Below are positions 62,520 to 64,000 of a stretch of DNA of 64,000 bases, in pieces (within the stretch, counting starts at the first letter, position 1; each line of letters opens with the position of its first letter). Both the position numbers and the translations under genes were made by a program. The DNA is from Lama guanicoe (taxonomy: Eukaryota). The stretch lies in the NCBI GenBank assembly GCA_013239625.1, contig MU053472.1, positions 3,073,822 through 3,137,821 of the forward strand. The letters run 5' to 3'. The notes under the pieces are model-generated. The model was not told where the DNA came from and did not search any database. It saw only the letters and a list, made by a program, of their open reading frames with translations.

Positions 62520-63560
62520 TCCCCAAAACTCTCCCTTATGGGCCTCATCTTGCCTCTGAGGGTTCTTCTGTCTCCCTGACTGAGCCTCAGTCTCCCTGAC
62601 TGCTCTTCTTCCATCCTCCTCCTCCTTGGACGTGATTCCACCATGTGCCTGACTGCCTGGTCCCCTGGGGAACTATCATCCACACCCAAGTCTTCTGAAC
62701 CTCTATCTCCAGCTCCTGAACCCAGAATCCTTTTCTCAAAGGTGTCCTACCTGGCTCCTAGGAAGGCACTCCAAACTGAACTCTTCCAAAGCCAGTACTG
62801 TGGTTCCCCTTCCCCCGGCTCCTATTTCTTTTACCTGAATTCTGCTCCTTCCTCCTGAAGACCCAGTCACCCGAGCAGGAAACGCCCTTTATTCTCTCTC
62901 CCTCCTGTGTCATACACTATCTGCCCCCTAGACGGTTGTACCTTTACAACCCACCCTCCCCACTGCCACCCTCAGTCACAGCCAGCAGCACTGTGGGAAC
63001 CCCATCCTCTCTCATCCTGAACGACCATGACAGCTCCCTAAACTAGTCTCCCTGACTCAGCTCTTACCTCTCCAGCCCATTCTAGAATTCTATTTATACA
63101 GCACAATCTGATCACATCTCTCTCATGTTTCAAAACCGCCAGTGGTTTCCTAGCAGCCTACAGGACAAGGTCCAACCCGTTAGGTGGCACCAAGAACCTA
63201 GACCCGATTCTCCTTATCTTCTCATCACCTTCCCACCCCACTCCAAACCTGTTTCCCCAGCAGACCAAGCCTGTTTACTACCTTTTCTCAAGTTGTTTCA
63301 GCCTCCTGCAGAGCCTTAACTTGCCTTCTCTGCCCAGTAAAATGCCTGCTCATCCCTTGCTACCCAGCTCAAATAAGACCCTAAACAGAGCTGGGGGCCG
63401 CCTTCCAGCATGCAAAAAACTTCTCATCACACCATTGTCATGTGTCTCCCAGACTGGGGACTCCCTGCAGTCAGAAGTCCAGTCTTTACACCCCTCTGGT
63501 TTCCCCAGGACTCCTAGTGTCCAGCACATTGGAGATCCTTGATAACTGAGTAAAATGAGT
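62520..63560 (+). mobile_element. Long degenerate L2
   Basis: tctatctccagctc...ccaaactgaactc...acagctccctaaactagtctccctg...atctgatcacatc...cctagtgtccagcaca. Confidence 0.6.
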
Positions 63561-64000
63561 GACCGTCACTGGCACTGTGCTGCCCTGTAAAGCTATTTTT
63601 GAGTCTCCTTAGTCTGCCACTATTTAATACAGTTAAAATACTAAACTCTGGGCATTACATAGGACTCACCATGAATGCTCCGCAAAGTTCAAAAGCCAGC
63701 AAACTCTTACGATGCCAACTCACTTGGGCTGGCAGACGGAGTCTGAAACTCAGGACTGTGGCACCATGTCTCTGATGGGCCACACCACAAGAACCTCTGA
63801 TGGTTTTACCCATTCTGCCTCTCCTGGCCCTTTCTGCCGTATCTGTGTGCCCCCTAGGGCAGCGTCCCAGGGGACACTCCCAGGGCTGGCACTGGCTTCC
63901 GGAGAAACCCCTAGAGAAACCCTCAAACCTCCCACTCAGGAACATTCTTTCTCCCAATCTGAGCTGCTGCTCTAGGCAAGACTGAGGCAAAGAAAATGCA

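Overview
Mammalian genomic DNA, most likely a camelid (inferred from five copies of a camelid-type tRNA-derived SINE and a young L1). The window holds almost all of YPEL2 (yippee-like 2) on the minus strand. Four coding exons (53684-53568, 26650-26607, 25589-25481, 21153-21064) all have GT-AG junctions and give a complete 119-aa protein, followed by a ~4.4-kb 3'UTR ending near 16.68 kb. The non-coding first exon and promoter are not recognisable here and probably lie beyond position 64000. Positions 1-16.6 kb are repeat-rich sequence downstream of the gene. The rest is typical mammalian repeat landscape (MIR, L2, L3, old and young L1, hAT/Tigger MITEs, LTRs). Most notable observations: (1) an in-frame ACG in strong Kozak context that would add a 33-aa Cys-rich N-terminal extension to YPEL2; (2) a chimeric L1-5'UTR::PUS10 retrocopy with degenerate target-site duplications in intron 2; (3) a solo LTR with a phased array of inverted CCAAT boxes plus TATA, pointing antisense into YPEL2 exons 4 and 3; (4) a young sense-oriented L1 3' end that could act as an intronic polyA site or alternative last exon. 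Repeat family names and protein comparisons come from recalled consensus sequences, not a database search. Exon numbers assume one upstream non-coding exon.
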